Notes under the pieces: generated by a model
The model's input: the letters and a program-made list of their open reading frames with translations, nothing else
The model's database searches: none
Told to the model about the DNA's origin: nothing
Part shown: positions 31,697-42,284 of the stretch, one piece after another
Position numbering within the stretch: position 1 is the stretch's first letter
Layout: each line of letters begins with the position of its first letter
Source: an uncultured Clostridium sp.
Lineage (GTDB): Bacteria; Bacillota; Clostridia; TANB77; CAG-508
Direction: 5' to 3'
DNA length: 64,000 bases
NCBI GenBank assembly: GCA_948467875.1
Contig: CAOKFZ010000005.1
Coordinates: 1,930-65,929, forward strand
Made by a program: the position numbers and the translations under genes

Positions 31697-32656
31697 ATGA
31701 AGTTAAGTGAGAAACTAATAAAATTAAGAAAAGAAAATGGTCTTTCGCAAGAAGAATTTGGGGAGGCAATCAATGTTTCGAGACAAGCTGTTTCAAAGTG
31801 GGAAACAGAAGAGGCAAGTCCTGATACGGACAAAGTAAAAGAAATTGTGGAAAAATTTGGTGTTAGTTATGAATATTTATTGAATGAGGAATTTGACACG
31901 GAAAAGGACGTTGCTAGCAAGTGTGAAGTGCATAAGCGTAAAACAGGGCGAAAAGTGCTGTTGGTTATTTTGATTTTATATTTGTTAATGTGTGTTTATA
32001 AATTTGTTGCTTTTACGAGATTTTATTTAATAGCCAATAGTTTTTCGGAGGAAAAATATTCTATGACGACCAGTTTAAAAATGCCAAATGAGCCCCAATT
32101 AAAAGATGCTTATTTTGATACAACAAGGGTTGGCAATAAAATCATAGAAAGGTCGTATGATTTTGTGGACATGGAGCCGAAAGATGAAAATGGAAATGTT
32201 CTTCCTTATGACATGAATTATACAGATATTGACCAAAAAATTTGTTATCGTTTAAATTATGACGAAGATAAAAAAGCCTATATTTACACGGATAGAAAAG
32301 AGGAAATGGCAAGTCAGGGAGAAGTAGATGGTTTGTTTCGAGATGAAAATGATATCAAGGAAAATACACTAAGCGTCATTCCGTCTGGATTTAAGGAAAT
32401 ATTTTTAGCGTCTATTGACCCACGTTATTATTATGTGTCAATCCGAAATCGCCAGTTTAGAACTGTTTCGTTTGCGTATGATTTAAAAACGAAAGTAGAA
32501 TTAAATCAAGATTGTTTGGTAACAAGAATTGCACAAAAATTTGAGTTTGATGGATTATCAATTTGGAGTTTTAATTATGATTATGTGCCAGGGCATTTTA
32601 ATGAATTAACGGATCCACGCGAAACAGGACGCTATCCGATTGTAGAGGAAGAGTAA
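31697..32656 (+). CDS. XRE-family HTH protein with TM and extracellular domain
   Basis: LSQEE..VSRQAVSKWE, one TM. Confidence 0.8.
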   Translation: MKLSEKLIKLRKENGLSQEEFGEAINVSRQAVSKWETEEASPDTDKVKEIVEKFGVSYEYLLNEEFDTEKDVASKCEVHKRKTGRKVLLVILILYLLMCVYKFVAFTRFYLIANSFSEEKYSMTTSLKMPNEPQLKDAYFDTTRVGNKIIERSYDFVDMEPKDENGNVLPYDMNYTDIDQKICYRLNYDEDKKAYIYTDRKEEMASQGEVDGLFRDENDIKENTLSVIPSGFKEIFLASIDPRYYYVSIRNRQFRTVSFAYDLKTKVELNQDCLVTRIAQKFEFDGLSIWSFNYDYVPGHFNELTDPRETGRYPIVEEE

Positions 32657-32827
32657 AATATTATGTAGATTTTATTGCAAATATATTGATTTTACTTAGA
32701 AAATGTTGTATAATAGAAGTGTCTTAGTAATTTTAGGACAAGCAATTGATACTTTAATTGCATAACAAAAAATGATTTGCATAAAAGTAACTAATTCTCA
32801 AGATGCAAAGACAGGAGGAGAAAAGGT

Positions 32828-34900
32828 ATGCAGAGAAAAGGAAAAAACATTTTGGCGATGTTTATGGCGATGCTAATGCTAATTTTAGCACCAATAACAT
32901 CGGCTCAGCGGAGCGATTTAACAACAACGGCAAGCGCAGCAACTAAAGAAACAAAAACTGTAACAACAGCTAATTCTGTAAAGATTTCTAAAGCAGTGGC
33001 AAAAACGGTAATGCCTCGGATTTCTGTTTCGAAATTAACTTTAGTTGAGGGCGAAAGCCAGCAGTTAAAAGTTGTTTCAGGTTCTGCATGGAACTTGAAA
33101 AAGGTTACAACAACCAATAAGAAAAATGTTGGCATTTACGGCAAAAATCCAGCAAAGAAGACGGTAATGGCCAAAGGTAAGGCAGCAGGTTCTGAAACAG
33201 TAAAAATGCATTTAGAGATGAAAAAGTCTGCTTGGAAAAAATATAAAAAGATTTTAAAGAGCAGGAAAGTAACTTTAAAATGCAAAGTGAAGGTAGTTCC
33301 AAAGGAAGAACCAGAAGAAGAACCTGATCCAGAGCAGCAACCAGAAGAACAGCCCGAAATTCAGGAGCCACTTGAAAAGTATGACATTTCTCAGTGGAAA
33401 CCAGATAAAATAGTATTTACTTATAATGGTAAAAAGCAGAGACCAACTCTGTTAGGATTGCCAGACGAAGTAAAAGTGCTGTATTCATCTGAAGGCGAAA
33501 TAGCTGCAGGAAAATATTTTATAAAGATTTCTTTCGAAGTTCCTGAAAATTATGAACCAATTGAGCCAATAGTAATAGAGTATTCTATTAAACCAATAGA
33601 ATATCCTGTTACAGGTGGCTATGTTGGCTCATGGGGAAGTTCAAGCGGAGGTTCCAGTGTTTCTAAGCCGATTCAAAAGCCAGAAGAGAAGCCGAACGAG
33701 CCATCTCAACCAGAGGAAAAGCCAAGTGAACCATCACAGCCAGAGGAAGAACCGAACGAGCCAGAACATGTTTGTGTGTTTGGAAACTGGACTTCTAAGG
33801 ACAATGTGGATGAACACAGAGTTTGTTCCGAATGTGGGAAAGAGGAAATCAGAAAACATAGTTTTCAGATCAAGGTTTCTTTTGAAAATTTGGATGATAC
33901 GCAGCATATAGTTAAGAAAGAGTATGCATGTGATACATGCGAAATAACCTATGAGGAATCCATAAATGAAGCTCATAGGAAGACAAACTGGCACTATGTT
34001 GGGGAAAATCTCGATTCCGAAGAATGCGAAGATTGCGATTACGCAAAAACGCGTGAACATCAGCATGAAGCAGCACCTGCAGACTTGGTTTATACTTTTA
34101 AATCAAGCAATGATGATGGAACTCATGTGATGGAGACTTCCTATACGTGCGGTCTTTGTAGAGAAATAATTCCATTAACAAAGACTGAAGAATGTAATTA
34201 TGAGGAAACGCGTAAAATGACAGACGAAATGCACAATATGAGAAATATTCATATTGTGTTAAAGGATTGTAAAGTTTGCAGTTATCATCTGGAAGAAGAA
34301 GAAAGCTGTGTGTCGGATGGGATAACGTTTTATTTCCGTTATCTCAGTCAGATTTATTCGGCTGAGACTTGCACGATATGCCGATATCGATGCAATCAAA
34401 AGCCACATTTTGACCATACATTTGGGGAATGGACATACTATGATAAGGATAATCATCGTAGGGAATGTCCTTGCACAGATGCACGGGAGGAAGAGACACA
34501 CCAATACGGAGAGTATGATGCAGCAGTAGGTGGTTTTTACTGTCCTGTATGTGACCACACAGAACTTGTTGCACCGCATAACCATGGGCACGGTTTTGCA
34601 GGAACATGGGGCGATAAATATCTCATGTTTGATGTGGTCATGAACAAGGATGCATATGCTGAATTGGTAGATATGTCACCAATTCGGAATCCAAATCCTT
34701 CGCCAGAAGAATATTGTTCGAGATTGGATTTCAGATGTCACACATGTGGCGTGCCATATTCAGCCTATATGCGCCATGAATATAAGGATGGAGCGTGTGT
34801 GTGTGGAGTGGTTCAACCTAATTCTGCTACTTTAATAACAGCAATGGTTGAGCAAGTTACTCAAGCAGAGGTTACAAGCGGAGGAGCGATAGCAGCTTAA
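32828..34900 (+). CDS. Secreted/surface protein with P/E repeats and Cys/His-rich repeats
   Basis: Signal peptide, QPEEKP(N/S)EPS repeats, many H..CxxC units; contains 4 in-frame CGG. Confidence 0.7.
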   Translation: MQRKGKNILAMFMAMLMLILAPITSAQRSDLTTTASAATKETKTVTTANSVKISKAVAKTVMPRISVSKLTLVEGESQQLKVVSGSAWNLKKVTTTNKKNVGIYGKNPAKKTVMAKGKAAGSETVKMHLEMKKSAWKKYKKILKSRKVTLKCKVKVVPKEEPEEEPDPEQQPEEQPEIQEPLEKYDISQWKPDKIVFTYNGKKQRPTLLGLPDEVKVLYSSEGEIAAGKYFIKISFEVPENYEPIEPIVIEYSIKPIEYPVTGGYVGSWGSSSGGSSVSKPIQKPEEKPNEPSQPEEKPSEPSQPEEEPNEPEHVCVFGNWTSKDNVDEHRVCSECGKEEIRKHSFQIKVSFENLDDTQHIVKKEYACDTCEITYEESINEAHRKTNWHYVGENLDSEECEDCDYAKTREHQHEAAPADLVYTFKSSNDDGTHVMETSYTCGLCREIIPLTKTEECNYEETRKMTDEMHNMRNIHIVLKDCKVCSYHLEEEESCVSDGITFYFRYLSQIYSAETCTICRYRCNQKPHFDHTFGEWTYYDKDNHRRECPCTDAREEETHQYGEYDAAVGGFYCPVCDHTELVAPHNHGHGFAGTWGDKYLMFDVVMNKDAYAELVDMSPIRNPNPSPEEYCSRLDFRCHTCGVPYSAYMRHEYKDGACVCGVVQPNSATLITAMVEQVTQAEVTSGGAIAA

Positions 34901-35050
34901 AAGAGAAAGGCAAATCATTTTTTGAGGAGGGACCATAGCTTTAGGCCCTTCTTTTTTGTGTAGTTTTTTACTATAAGATGATAAAATAGCAATTTTTGGA
35001 ATATTAAAAAAATAGTTGGCAATACTAATTAAAAATATTATGCGGAGGAA

Positions 35051-36409
35051 ATGAAGATGAGTTGTGGGACAAAAAATAAATTATTAGTCATTGCCATTAT
35101 TTTGTTGCTTGCGATTATGGCAGCAATTGCTTATTATGCATATGAGACGAATCAAAGTTATGCAACATTTCAAACTAATAAATACAATGAAGCGTTTGGA
35201 AATGTGGTAAATTATATGAACAGTGTGGAAAGTTTGCTGGCAAAGTCAATTATTTCGAGAAGCCCTGAGCGTAGTGCGGAGACGCTGACAGAAGTGTGGC
35301 GCGATTCGAATTTAGCGCTGGTGTATTTGGCAGGAATTCCGATGAATACAGAGCAACTTTCTGGAGCGGCAAAATTTTTGAATCAAGTCAGTGATTATTC
35401 TTATTCGTTGTCGCGAAAAAACATTGAGAATGAAGAATTAACGGAGGAGGATTTTGACAATTTGAAATCCCTTCATCAATATAGTGTGCAGTTGGAAAAT
35501 ACGTTAAATCAATTGTCTGAGGAATTGTATGCGGGAACGATTAATTGGGACGAGCTAACCAAAAATAATTCTCTGGAATATGCACAAGCTGTGGATAATG
35601 TTTCTGTTTTTTCCAATATTGATTCTAACTTAAAAGAGTATGAAGGATTGATTTACGACGGTGCTTATTCTGACCACGTGAATAAAACAGATAAAGTTGG
35701 TTTGACTGGAGAAGACATTTCTGAGCAAGAGGCGCATGAGAAAGTCAAGGAGTTTTTTGGAGAAGATAAAATCGAAACGATTCATTTGAATCAGTTTTTG
35801 GAAAATGCTAATATTCCATGTTACGATTTTTCTGTCAAATTAAAAAATCAGCAAAATGAGTGCAATATTGAAATTGCCAAAAAAGGCGGTTGGGTAATTG
35901 AAATGCAGAACAACCGTGCTGTGAATAGTGAAATTCTTTCTCAAGAAGAGGCAAACGAAAAAGGCAAAAAATTTTTGGAAGAAAAAGGTTTTCCTTCAAT
36001 GAAAGAAACGTATTTTACAAAATTAAATAATATTGTAACTGTGAATTATGCGTATGAATACAATGAAATTGTTGCCTATCCGGATTTGATAAAAGTGAAA
36101 ATTGCGCTGGATAATGGAGAAATTTTAGGAATTGAGACAAATGGATATTTGAACTCTCATACGAGCAGAAATTTTGAGAATGTAAGTTTGACGATGGATG
36201 AGGCAAGAAGGAAACTCAATGAGGATTTGGAAATTCTAGATGAAGGGCTGGCGATTATTCCGACAGAATGGAAATCAGAGCTTTTGTGTTATGAGTTTAA
36301 GGGAAAAGTGGAAGATAGAGAATTTTTGGTTTATATTAATGTGGAAACAGGGAAAGAAGAGGATATTTTGGTTATATTGGATACGCCGGGCGGAACACTT
36401 ACCGTTTAA
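35051..36409 (+). CDS. ypeB: Spore germination protein YpeB (PepSY domains)
   Basis: KFLNQVSDYSYSL, LIYDGAYSDH, YPDLIKVKIALDNG, LCYEFKG. Confidence 0.9.
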   Translation: MKMSCGTKNKLLVIAIILLLAIMAAIAYYAYETNQSYATFQTNKYNEAFGNVVNYMNSVESLLAKSIISRSPERSAETLTEVWRDSNLALVYLAGIPMNTEQLSGAAKFLNQVSDYSYSLSRKNIENEELTEEDFDNLKSLHQYSVQLENTLNQLSEELYAGTINWDELTKNNSLEYAQAVDNVSVFSNIDSNLKEYEGLIYDGAYSDHVNKTDKVGLTGEDISEQEAHEKVKEFFGEDKIETIHLNQFLENANIPCYDFSVKLKNQQNECNIEIAKKGGWVIEMQNNRAVNSEILSQEEANEKGKKFLEEKGFPSMKETYFTKLNNIVTVNYAYEYNEIVAYPDLIKVKIALDNGEILGIETNGYLNSHTSRNFENVSLTMDEARRKLNEDLEILDEGLAIIPTEWKSELLCYEFKGKVEDREFLVYINVETGKEEDILVILDTPGGTLTV

Positions 36410-36711
36410 AAAATAATCAGCAGCTTGTGTTGTTAAACTGAATTATATGTTATAATGATATTTATTAATTTTGAAGTGGCATTGTGGGGACCGTCCAGAA
36501 ATTATCAAAATCTTTGATTTTGCTTAATTTCTAGGATGGGGAGAACGGAAAAATTCATAAATATCATTATTTTATATTAAGAAACAGAATTTTATATTGA
36601 AATTGTTGGAAAAATAGTATATAATCACAAAAAACAAATAATTTGAATAAATTATAGTAAAAATTATCCACTAAATGAGAACAAACTGTGGAAAACAGAA
36701 AGGAGGAAATT

Positions 36712-37479
36712 TTGCAAGTTAGAATACAAGATTGGGATATATCGTACGAAGTAATGGGGCAAGGAAACCCAGTAATATTGCTGCATGGATGGTTGTGCGA
36801 CCGAGAAACAATGCGTCCAATTGCCAATGGTTTGTGCGAAAATTTTAAAGTGTATTTGGTGGATATTGTGGGTTTTGGAAAAAGTGATTTGCCAGAACAT
36901 CCACTTAATACAAACGACTTTGGCGATTTTTTAGCCGAGTTTGTGAACCAATTAGAAATTAAAAATCCAATTTTGATTGGTCATTCCAATGGTGGCAGAA
37001 TGATTATCAACTGCGTTGGTAGAGGAATGGTTGATGCGAGAAAAGTGGTTTTGATGGATAGCGCAGGCTTGGTACCGAAGCGTAAACCAAAATATTATGT
37101 GAAAGTCGGCATTTTTAAGGCAGGAAAAGCGGTGCTAAACAAATTGCCTGATGTGGGCGGAATGAAAGATTTTAAAGAGAAATTGTTCAACCACGTTGGT
37201 TCAAGTGATTATAGGTCATCTGCGCCAGTATTGCGTGAAACCATGAAAAATATTGTTAACGAAGATATGTCAGAATTGTTGCCCAATATCAAAGCTCCGA
37301 CATTGCTGATTTGGGGCACAAACGACACAGATACACCAATTGCGGATGCGAAAAAAATGGAAACTTTAATTCCTAATGCAGGTTTGGTGGAATATCCAAA
37401 TTCAGGGCATTTTGCATATTTGCAAAATTTGCCAAATTGCATTTCAGTGTTAAACGAATTTTTCAAAAATGATAAATAA
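36712..37479 (+). CDS. Alpha/beta hydrolase
   Basis: LLHGW, GHSNGG nucleophile elbow, WGTND, GHF; AGGAGG RBS before TTG 36712. Confidence 0.88.
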   Translation: MQVRIQDWDISYEVMGQGNPVILLHGWLCDRETMRPIANGLCENFKVYLVDIVGFGKSDLPEHPLNTNDFGDFLAEFVNQLEIKNPILIGHSNGGRMIINCVGRGMVDARKVVLMDSAGLVPKRKPKYYVKVGIFKAGKAVLNKLPDVGGMKDFKEKLFNHVGSSDYRSSAPVLRETMKNIVNEDMSELLPNIKAPTLLIWGTNDTDTPIADAKKMETLIPNAGLVEYPNSGHFAYLQNLPNCISVLNEFFKNDK

Positions 37480-37493
37480 GAAAGGAAGAAAAA

Positions 37494-39056
37494 ATGCAAA
37501 ATATATTAATTGGTTTGAATTTCATATTATTTCTGATTTTCTTTTACAAAAGAGAGCGCGAGGGCTTGCATATTTTACAACTAGAAAATTATTACAATGA
37601 CCGTTACGCGGTTTGGATGAAACGTTACATCAAAAAAGTATTGTCACTAAAGACGATTATTTTACTGGCAATTCCGATTGTTTTGCTGATTTTAGATTTC
37701 ACATTGCCTGCAATGATTGTCAATATTTTCGTGTATAGCATTTTGATTGCGACTTCCAAAAAGTCAAAAGAGAAAAAAGCATTTGTTGTAACAAGCCGAA
37801 TCAGAAGAATGTATCTTACATATTTATTGCTATTTCTGGCACTTGTTGGTACAGCAATATTGGCTAGCGAAAAAGTTGCACTCATCATAGCCAATATTTT
37901 TTCAATGGTGGCCTATACGTTTGTGTACTTGGTAAATCTAATCAACAGACCTGTGGAAAAAAGCATTCGCAAAAGCTATTGCATTCAAGCGAGTAAAAAA
38001 CTAAAAGAAATACAAAATTTGAAAGTCATTGGGATTACGGGAAGCTATGGAAAAACGAGCACAAAATATGCAGTCAATACCATTTTGTCACAAAAATTTA
38101 ACACGTTAATGACACCAGAGAGCTACAACACGACAATGGGCGTTGTGCGCACGATTAACGAAAAACTGACTTCCACTCATCAACTTTTTATTTGCGAAAT
38201 GGGAGCCAAATATGTTGGCGATATCAAAGAAATTTGTGATATTGTAAAACCGCAATGTGGTATTGTAACAGCGATTGGACCACAACATTTGGATACATTT
38301 AAGTCATTGGATAATGTTAAAAAAACGAAATTGGAATTAGTGGATGCGCTTCCACAAAATGGTTTGGCATTTGTGAATTGGGAAGACGAAAATATTAGAA
38401 ATTCCAAACTTCCGCAAAATGCAGTCAAATTTGGTTTGAGTAAAAGTGCAGATTATTATGCAGAAAATATCCGCATTACAGAGCGTGGTTCTAGTTTTGA
38501 CGTCGTTTTGCCAAACCAAGAAAAAATTCAAATTAAGACGAAACTGTTGGGAAAATTGAATATTTTAAATATTGTTGGGGCAGTTGCAATTGCAGATAAA
38601 TTGGGAATGACGGCAGAGGAAATCAAAATGGGAGCGAAATATTTGAAACCTGTTTCGCACAGGTTGGAGCTAAAACAAAATCCAAATGGAAGTATTATTA
38701 TCGATGATGCCTATAATTCTAATATCAAAGGTGCTAAAATGGCGCTCGAAGTATTGAAATCATTTGAGGCAAAACAGCGTGTTTTGATAACACCGGGAAT
38801 TGTAGAATTAGGCGACAAAGCAGAAGAAATCAACCGAGAGCTCGGAAAGAAAGCGGCAGAAAGCGCCGATTATGTGATTTTGGTAGGAGAAAAGCAAACT
38901 TTGCCAATTTTAAAAGGTTTGCAAGACAAACATTATCCGACGCAAAATATGTTTGTTGCGAAAAATTTGGAAGAGGCTTTGCAAGAAATGAGGCGAATTA
39001 CGAGCAATCATACGGTTGTTTTATTGGAAAATGATTTGCCTGACAATTATTTATAA
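37494..39056 (+). CDS. murF: MurF-like Mur ligase with N-terminal TM segments
   Basis: GITGSYGKTS, CEMGA, DDAYNSN, LLENDLPD. Confidence 0.8.
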   Translation: MQNILIGLNFILFLIFFYKREREGLHILQLENYYNDRYAVWMKRYIKKVLSLKTIILLAIPIVLLILDFTLPAMIVNIFVYSILIATSKKSKEKKAFVVTSRIRRMYLTYLLLFLALVGTAILASEKVALIIANIFSMVAYTFVYLVNLINRPVEKSIRKSYCIQASKKLKEIQNLKVIGITGSYGKTSTKYAVNTILSQKFNTLMTPESYNTTMGVVRTINEKLTSTHQLFICEMGAKYVGDIKEICDIVKPQCGIVTAIGPQHLDTFKSLDNVKKTKLELVDALPQNGLAFVNWEDENIRNSKLPQNAVKFGLSKSADYYAENIRITERGSSFDVVLPNQEKIQIKTKLLGKLNILNIVGAVAIADKLGMTAEEIKMGAKYLKPVSHRLELKQNPNGSIIIDDAYNSNIKGAKMALEVLKSFEAKQRVLITPGIVELGDKAEEINRELGKKAAESADYVILVGEKQTLPILKGLQDKHYPTQNMFVAKNLEEALQEMRRITSNHTVVLLENDLPDNYL

Positions 39057-39072
39057 AAAGGAGAACGATAAA

Positions 39073-40320
39073 ATGAAAATTAAGTTAGGGATTTTTTTTG
39101 GTGGAAAGTCTGTGGAACATGAAATTGCAGTGATTACGATGTCGCAAGCGATTTCGGCTTTGGATCCAGAAAAATATGAACTGGTTCCCATTTACATTTC
39201 AAAAGAAGGTGTGATGTACACTGGGGACGATTTGCTAGATTTGTATCAATATAAAGACATGGAAGTTTTGCTAAAGAGAAGTTATAAAGTTTGTGTGGTC
39301 AATGATGGAAATAGCGTAAAAGTGATGCGTTGCCCAGCGCCACTCATTGGCAAAAAAGTGCTCAATACGATTGATGTTGCCATTCCGATTATGCATGGAA
39401 CCAATGGCGAAGATGGCACGATTGCAGGCTTTTTGAACATGCTTGGCATTCCATATGTGGGACCAGATATTTTGGCTTCTAGCATTGGAATGGATAAAAT
39501 TTTGATGAAAAAAGTCTTAAAGGAATCAGGGCTTCCAGTGGTTGATTATGTATCTTTTTACAGCATGGAATACATAAAAGACGAGGAAAAATATTTGAAT
39601 CAAATAACGGAGAAATTGGAATTTCCTGTGATTGTAAAACCGGGAAATCTCGGTTCTAGTGTGGGGATTCGAAAGGCGAAAAATAAGCAAGAATTAGAAG
39701 AAGCGGTCGAGTTTGCGATGGAATTTTCGGATCGAATGATTGTGGAAAAAGCAGTTGAAAATTTGAAGGAAATTAATTGTTCGGTGCTTGGAAATATTAC
39801 ACACACAGAGGCTTCTGTGTGCGAAGAACCATTTTTTTCTGACGAAATTTTGAGTTATGCAGATAAATATATGGGCGGAAATGCTGCCAAAGGTAAAGCT
39901 GGCATGAAAGGAATTGCAGGGGCGAAAGCTGGAAATGGCAAGTTGGGAGGTGGCAAGGGAATGGCGGTATCTAGCAAAAAGTTGCCAGCCGATATTCCAG
40001 ACGAAAAAAGAGATGAAATTCAAAGTTTGGCGAAAGAGACGTTTAAGGTTTTAGGCTGTAGCGGTGTCGCGCGAATTGATTTTTTAATGGATACACAAAC
40101 GCAAAAAGTATATGTGAATGAAATTAATACAATTCCAGGTGCGTTGTCTTATTATTTGTGGGAGGCGAGCGGAAAAACGTTTGAACAGGAAATGGATCAA
40201 GTGATTGAAATTGCACTCAAGAGACATCGTGAGCGAGAAAAGTTGACATTTTCGTATGACCAAAATATTTTGGCAATGCAAGGAAGTCCCAAAATGGGAA
40301 TGAAAGGAAAAATCAAGTGA
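39073..40320 (+). CDS. ddl: D-alanine--D-alanine ligase family protein
   Basis: FGGKSVEHE, HGTNGEDG, GSSVGI, NEINTIPG. Confidence 0.85.
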   Translation: MKIKLGIFFGGKSVEHEIAVITMSQAISALDPEKYELVPIYISKEGVMYTGDDLLDLYQYKDMEVLLKRSYKVCVVNDGNSVKVMRCPAPLIGKKVLNTIDVAIPIMHGTNGEDGTIAGFLNMLGIPYVGPDILASSIGMDKILMKKVLKESGLPVVDYVSFYSMEYIKDEEKYLNQITEKLEFPVIVKPGNLGSSVGIRKAKNKQELEEAVEFAMEFSDRMIVEKAVENLKEINCSVLGNITHTEASVCEEPFFSDEILSYADKYMGGNAAKGKAGMKGIAGAKAGNGKLGGGKGMAVSSKKLPADIPDEKRDEIQSLAKETFKVLGCSGVARIDFLMDTQTQKVYVNEINTIPGALSYYLWEASGKTFEQEMDQVIEIALKRHREREKLTFSYDQNILAMQGSPKMGMKGKIK

Positions 40321-40328
40321 AACTTAAA

Positions 40329-40424
40329 GAGCTGTAAAAAAACTCAATATATTGCGTGAGAAATTTTGGGCAACGCCCCAAATTTCGCTTGCTTTTCTTT
40401 GAAAGATAATTTTTTTTACAGCTC
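40329..40424. repeat. Branched hairpin repeat related to 19809-19859
   Basis: GAGCTGTAAAAAAA...TTTTTTTACAGCTC outer stem with an inner TTTGGG/CCCAAA stem. Confidence 0.6.
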
Positions 40425-40493
40425 CTTTAAAAAATAAAATTTATAAAATGTGGAAATACTCTTGGTTTCAGGAGTATTTTTGTTTGCGATATA

Positions 40494-40515
40494 ATATGAC
40501 ATTTTGATGTCATAT
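40494..40515. repeat. Palindrome ATATGACAT-N4-ATGTCATAT, copy 2
   Basis: Perfect inverted repeat extended by TATA flanks. Confidence 0.7.
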
Positions 40516-40585
40516 TATAAAATAGTAAAATTTTTGTAACAAATTAGGAAAAGTAATCTCTCATAAGATAGAAGGAGGAAATGTA

Positions 40586-41068
40586 ATGCAGAGCATGGAG
40601 GAGATTTATGGGCAATATTCGAATATGATTTATAAATATTTGCTTTGCCTAAGTGGCGATGCGCATCTGGCTGAGGATTTGACGCAGGAAACTTTTGTTA
40701 TTGCGGTTAGCAAAATTCATCAATTTCGTGCAGAATGTAAAGTGTCAACATGGCTCTGCCAAATAGCGAAACATTTGTGGTATAAGGAATTAAAAAAGGC
40801 GAAAAAATTGCAAACAGAGGAATTGACGGAGAATTTGGCAATTGGAAATAGGGTGGAAGATTTGTTTTTGCAAAAAGAAGAAAAATTACAATTTTTTAGA
40901 AGTGTGCAAAAATTGGACAAATTGTCGAGAGAGGTTGTTTATTTAAGAATGATGGGAAATTTGAGTTTTATAGAAATTGCCGAAGTTTTGGGGAAAACGC
41001 CGAATTGGGCACGTGTTACTTTTTTTCGTGCGAAACAAAAAATAAAGGAGGAACAAGAAAATGGATAA
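40586..41068 (+). CDS. ECF sigma-70 factor
   Basis: AEDLTQETF, STWLCQIAK, WARVTFFRAK. Confidence 0.9.
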   Translation: MQSMEEIYGQYSNMIYKYLLCLSGDAHLAEDLTQETFVIAVSKIHQFRAECKVSTWLCQIAKHLWYKELKKAKKLQTEELTENLAIGNRVEDLFLQKEEKLQFFRSVQKLDKLSREVVYLRMMGNLSFIEIAEVLGKTPNWARVTFFRAKQKIKEEQENG

Positions 41069-42026
41069 AAAAACAGAATGTGAGATTGTGCAAGATTTGT
41101 TGATTAGTTATGTGGATGATGTTTTGAATCATGCGTCGAAAAAATTGGTGGAGAAACATTTGATAGAATGTGAAAAATGCAGAGAAAAGTTGCAGGAAAT
41201 TCGAAAGGATGGACAGAAAAATGAGGAAAATCAAAAGACACAAATTGATTATTTAAAAAAGCTAAGAAGGCGCAGCAGAATAAAGGCATTTTTGATGGTA
41301 ATTTTTGTGTTTGTGATGATTTTTGTTAGTTGGTATTTGTATAAATTTTGGGTTATTAATCGAGTTTGTGGGAAAATAGAAAAGCAGTTTGAGGGCGAAA
41401 ATTTTTATATAGAAGAGAATATTAGTTGTGATGAAAATAGTGTTATATTTAATAAAATTTGGTATAAAGACGGAAAGTATAAAGTGGTTTCATATATGGA
41501 AGAAGTGGGAAAAGTGGTTCAGAAGTTTGAGACAAGGTATGGAAATCTTGCCGAAAATGCGCAAGAGGAATATTTTGTGAATGAGGACGAGAAGAAGGTG
41601 CGTAAAGAAAAAATGCTGACTGCAAGAAAGAAACGAGATTTTATTGTTTCACAAAGTCCGTTTGTTTTGGCTTCAGGAGTGGATAGCAAGTATGAATTTG
41701 TGATGTTGAAATTAGGGGAACCATTTTATGTAAAAATTTCGACAAATCATAAGCAAATTGGGAGAAAGTATTATGTGTTTGATTTTGGAGAAAGTAAAAA
41801 ATGGGTAGATATGGAATCTGGTTTGCCGATAATGAGTTTTGGTGATGTGGTTGGAACGAATTTTTATCCGAATACGAATATTCCAAAACAAGAATTTAGC
41901 AGTGTTTCAGAATATCATTATGATTTCGGAAATGTGGCAGACGAAGATGTACAAATGCCAGATTTGGAAGATTATGAAGTGGAAGAATTTGATTGGGAAA
42001 AAGAGATGGAGCAAGGTTTGGAATAA
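41061..42026 (+). CDS. zf-HC2 (ZAS) anti-sigma factor
   Basis: CEIVQDLL..Y..HLIECEKC followed by a TM. Confidence 0.85.
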   Translation: MDKKTECEIVQDLLISYVDDVLNHASKKLVEKHLIECEKCREKLQEIRKDGQKNEENQKTQIDYLKKLRRRSRIKAFLMVIFVFVMIFVSWYLYKFWVINRVCGKIEKQFEGENFYIEENISCDENSVIFNKIWYKDGKYKVVSYMEEVGKVVQKFETRYGNLAENAQEEYFVNEDEKKVRKEKMLTARKKRDFIVSQSPFVLASGVDSKYEFVMLKLGEPFYVKISTNHKQIGRKYYVFDFGESKKWVDMESGLPIMSFGDVVGTNFYPNTNIPKQEFSSVSEYHYDFGNVADEDVQMPDLEDYEVEEFDWEKEMEQGLE

Positions 42027-42075
42027 ATTTTTAGAAATAGGTTGACAAAAGAAAAAGAAAGAAGTATAATTACGA

Positions 42076-42145
42076 TAGGATAAAAATGAAACATACTGTA
42101 TCCAATAAAAAAATGCAGGTACCGGTAGTACCTGCGCTTTTTACT
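42076..42145 (+). ncRNA. Putative ~70 nt antisense/antitoxin sRNA
   Basis: TTGACA-N17-TATAAT (42042-42070); hairpin GGATA/TATCC whose loop matches 42276-42288; terminator GCAGGTAC/GTACCTGC. Confidence 0.65.
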
Positions 42146-42284
42146 TTTTTAGCCAAGATTTAATCAATTCAAGAAATTGCTTCAATAAACTGTCATTGGA
42201 TTTCTTCTCAAATGTAATTGTCAATTTTTTATGCTTCTCAGACTTCAAAGTTTTTTCTTCTGTATGTATTTTCATATGAAACAT
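42141..42284 (-). CDS. 47-aa basic peptide with C-terminal amphipathic helix, candidate type I toxin-like
   Basis: AAGGAGG RBS 7 nt before ATG 42284; stop abuts the shared bidirectional terminator. Confidence 0.6.
   Translation of the reverse strand: MFHMKIHTEEKTLKSEKHKKLTITFEKKSNDSLLKQFLELIKSWLKK

Noticed and set aside
33760-34820. Multiheme cytochrome
   Set aside because: Many CxxC motifs, but none is the CxxCH heme-binding motif
36485-36550. Imperfect hairpin as a riboswitch or ncRNA
   Set aside because: No recognisable aptamer motif and only one copy in the window
36664-36695. Replication origin from DnaA-box-like TTATCCACT and TGTGGAAAA
   Set aside because: Only two imperfect boxes with no dnaA/dnaN nearby; at most a regulatory site
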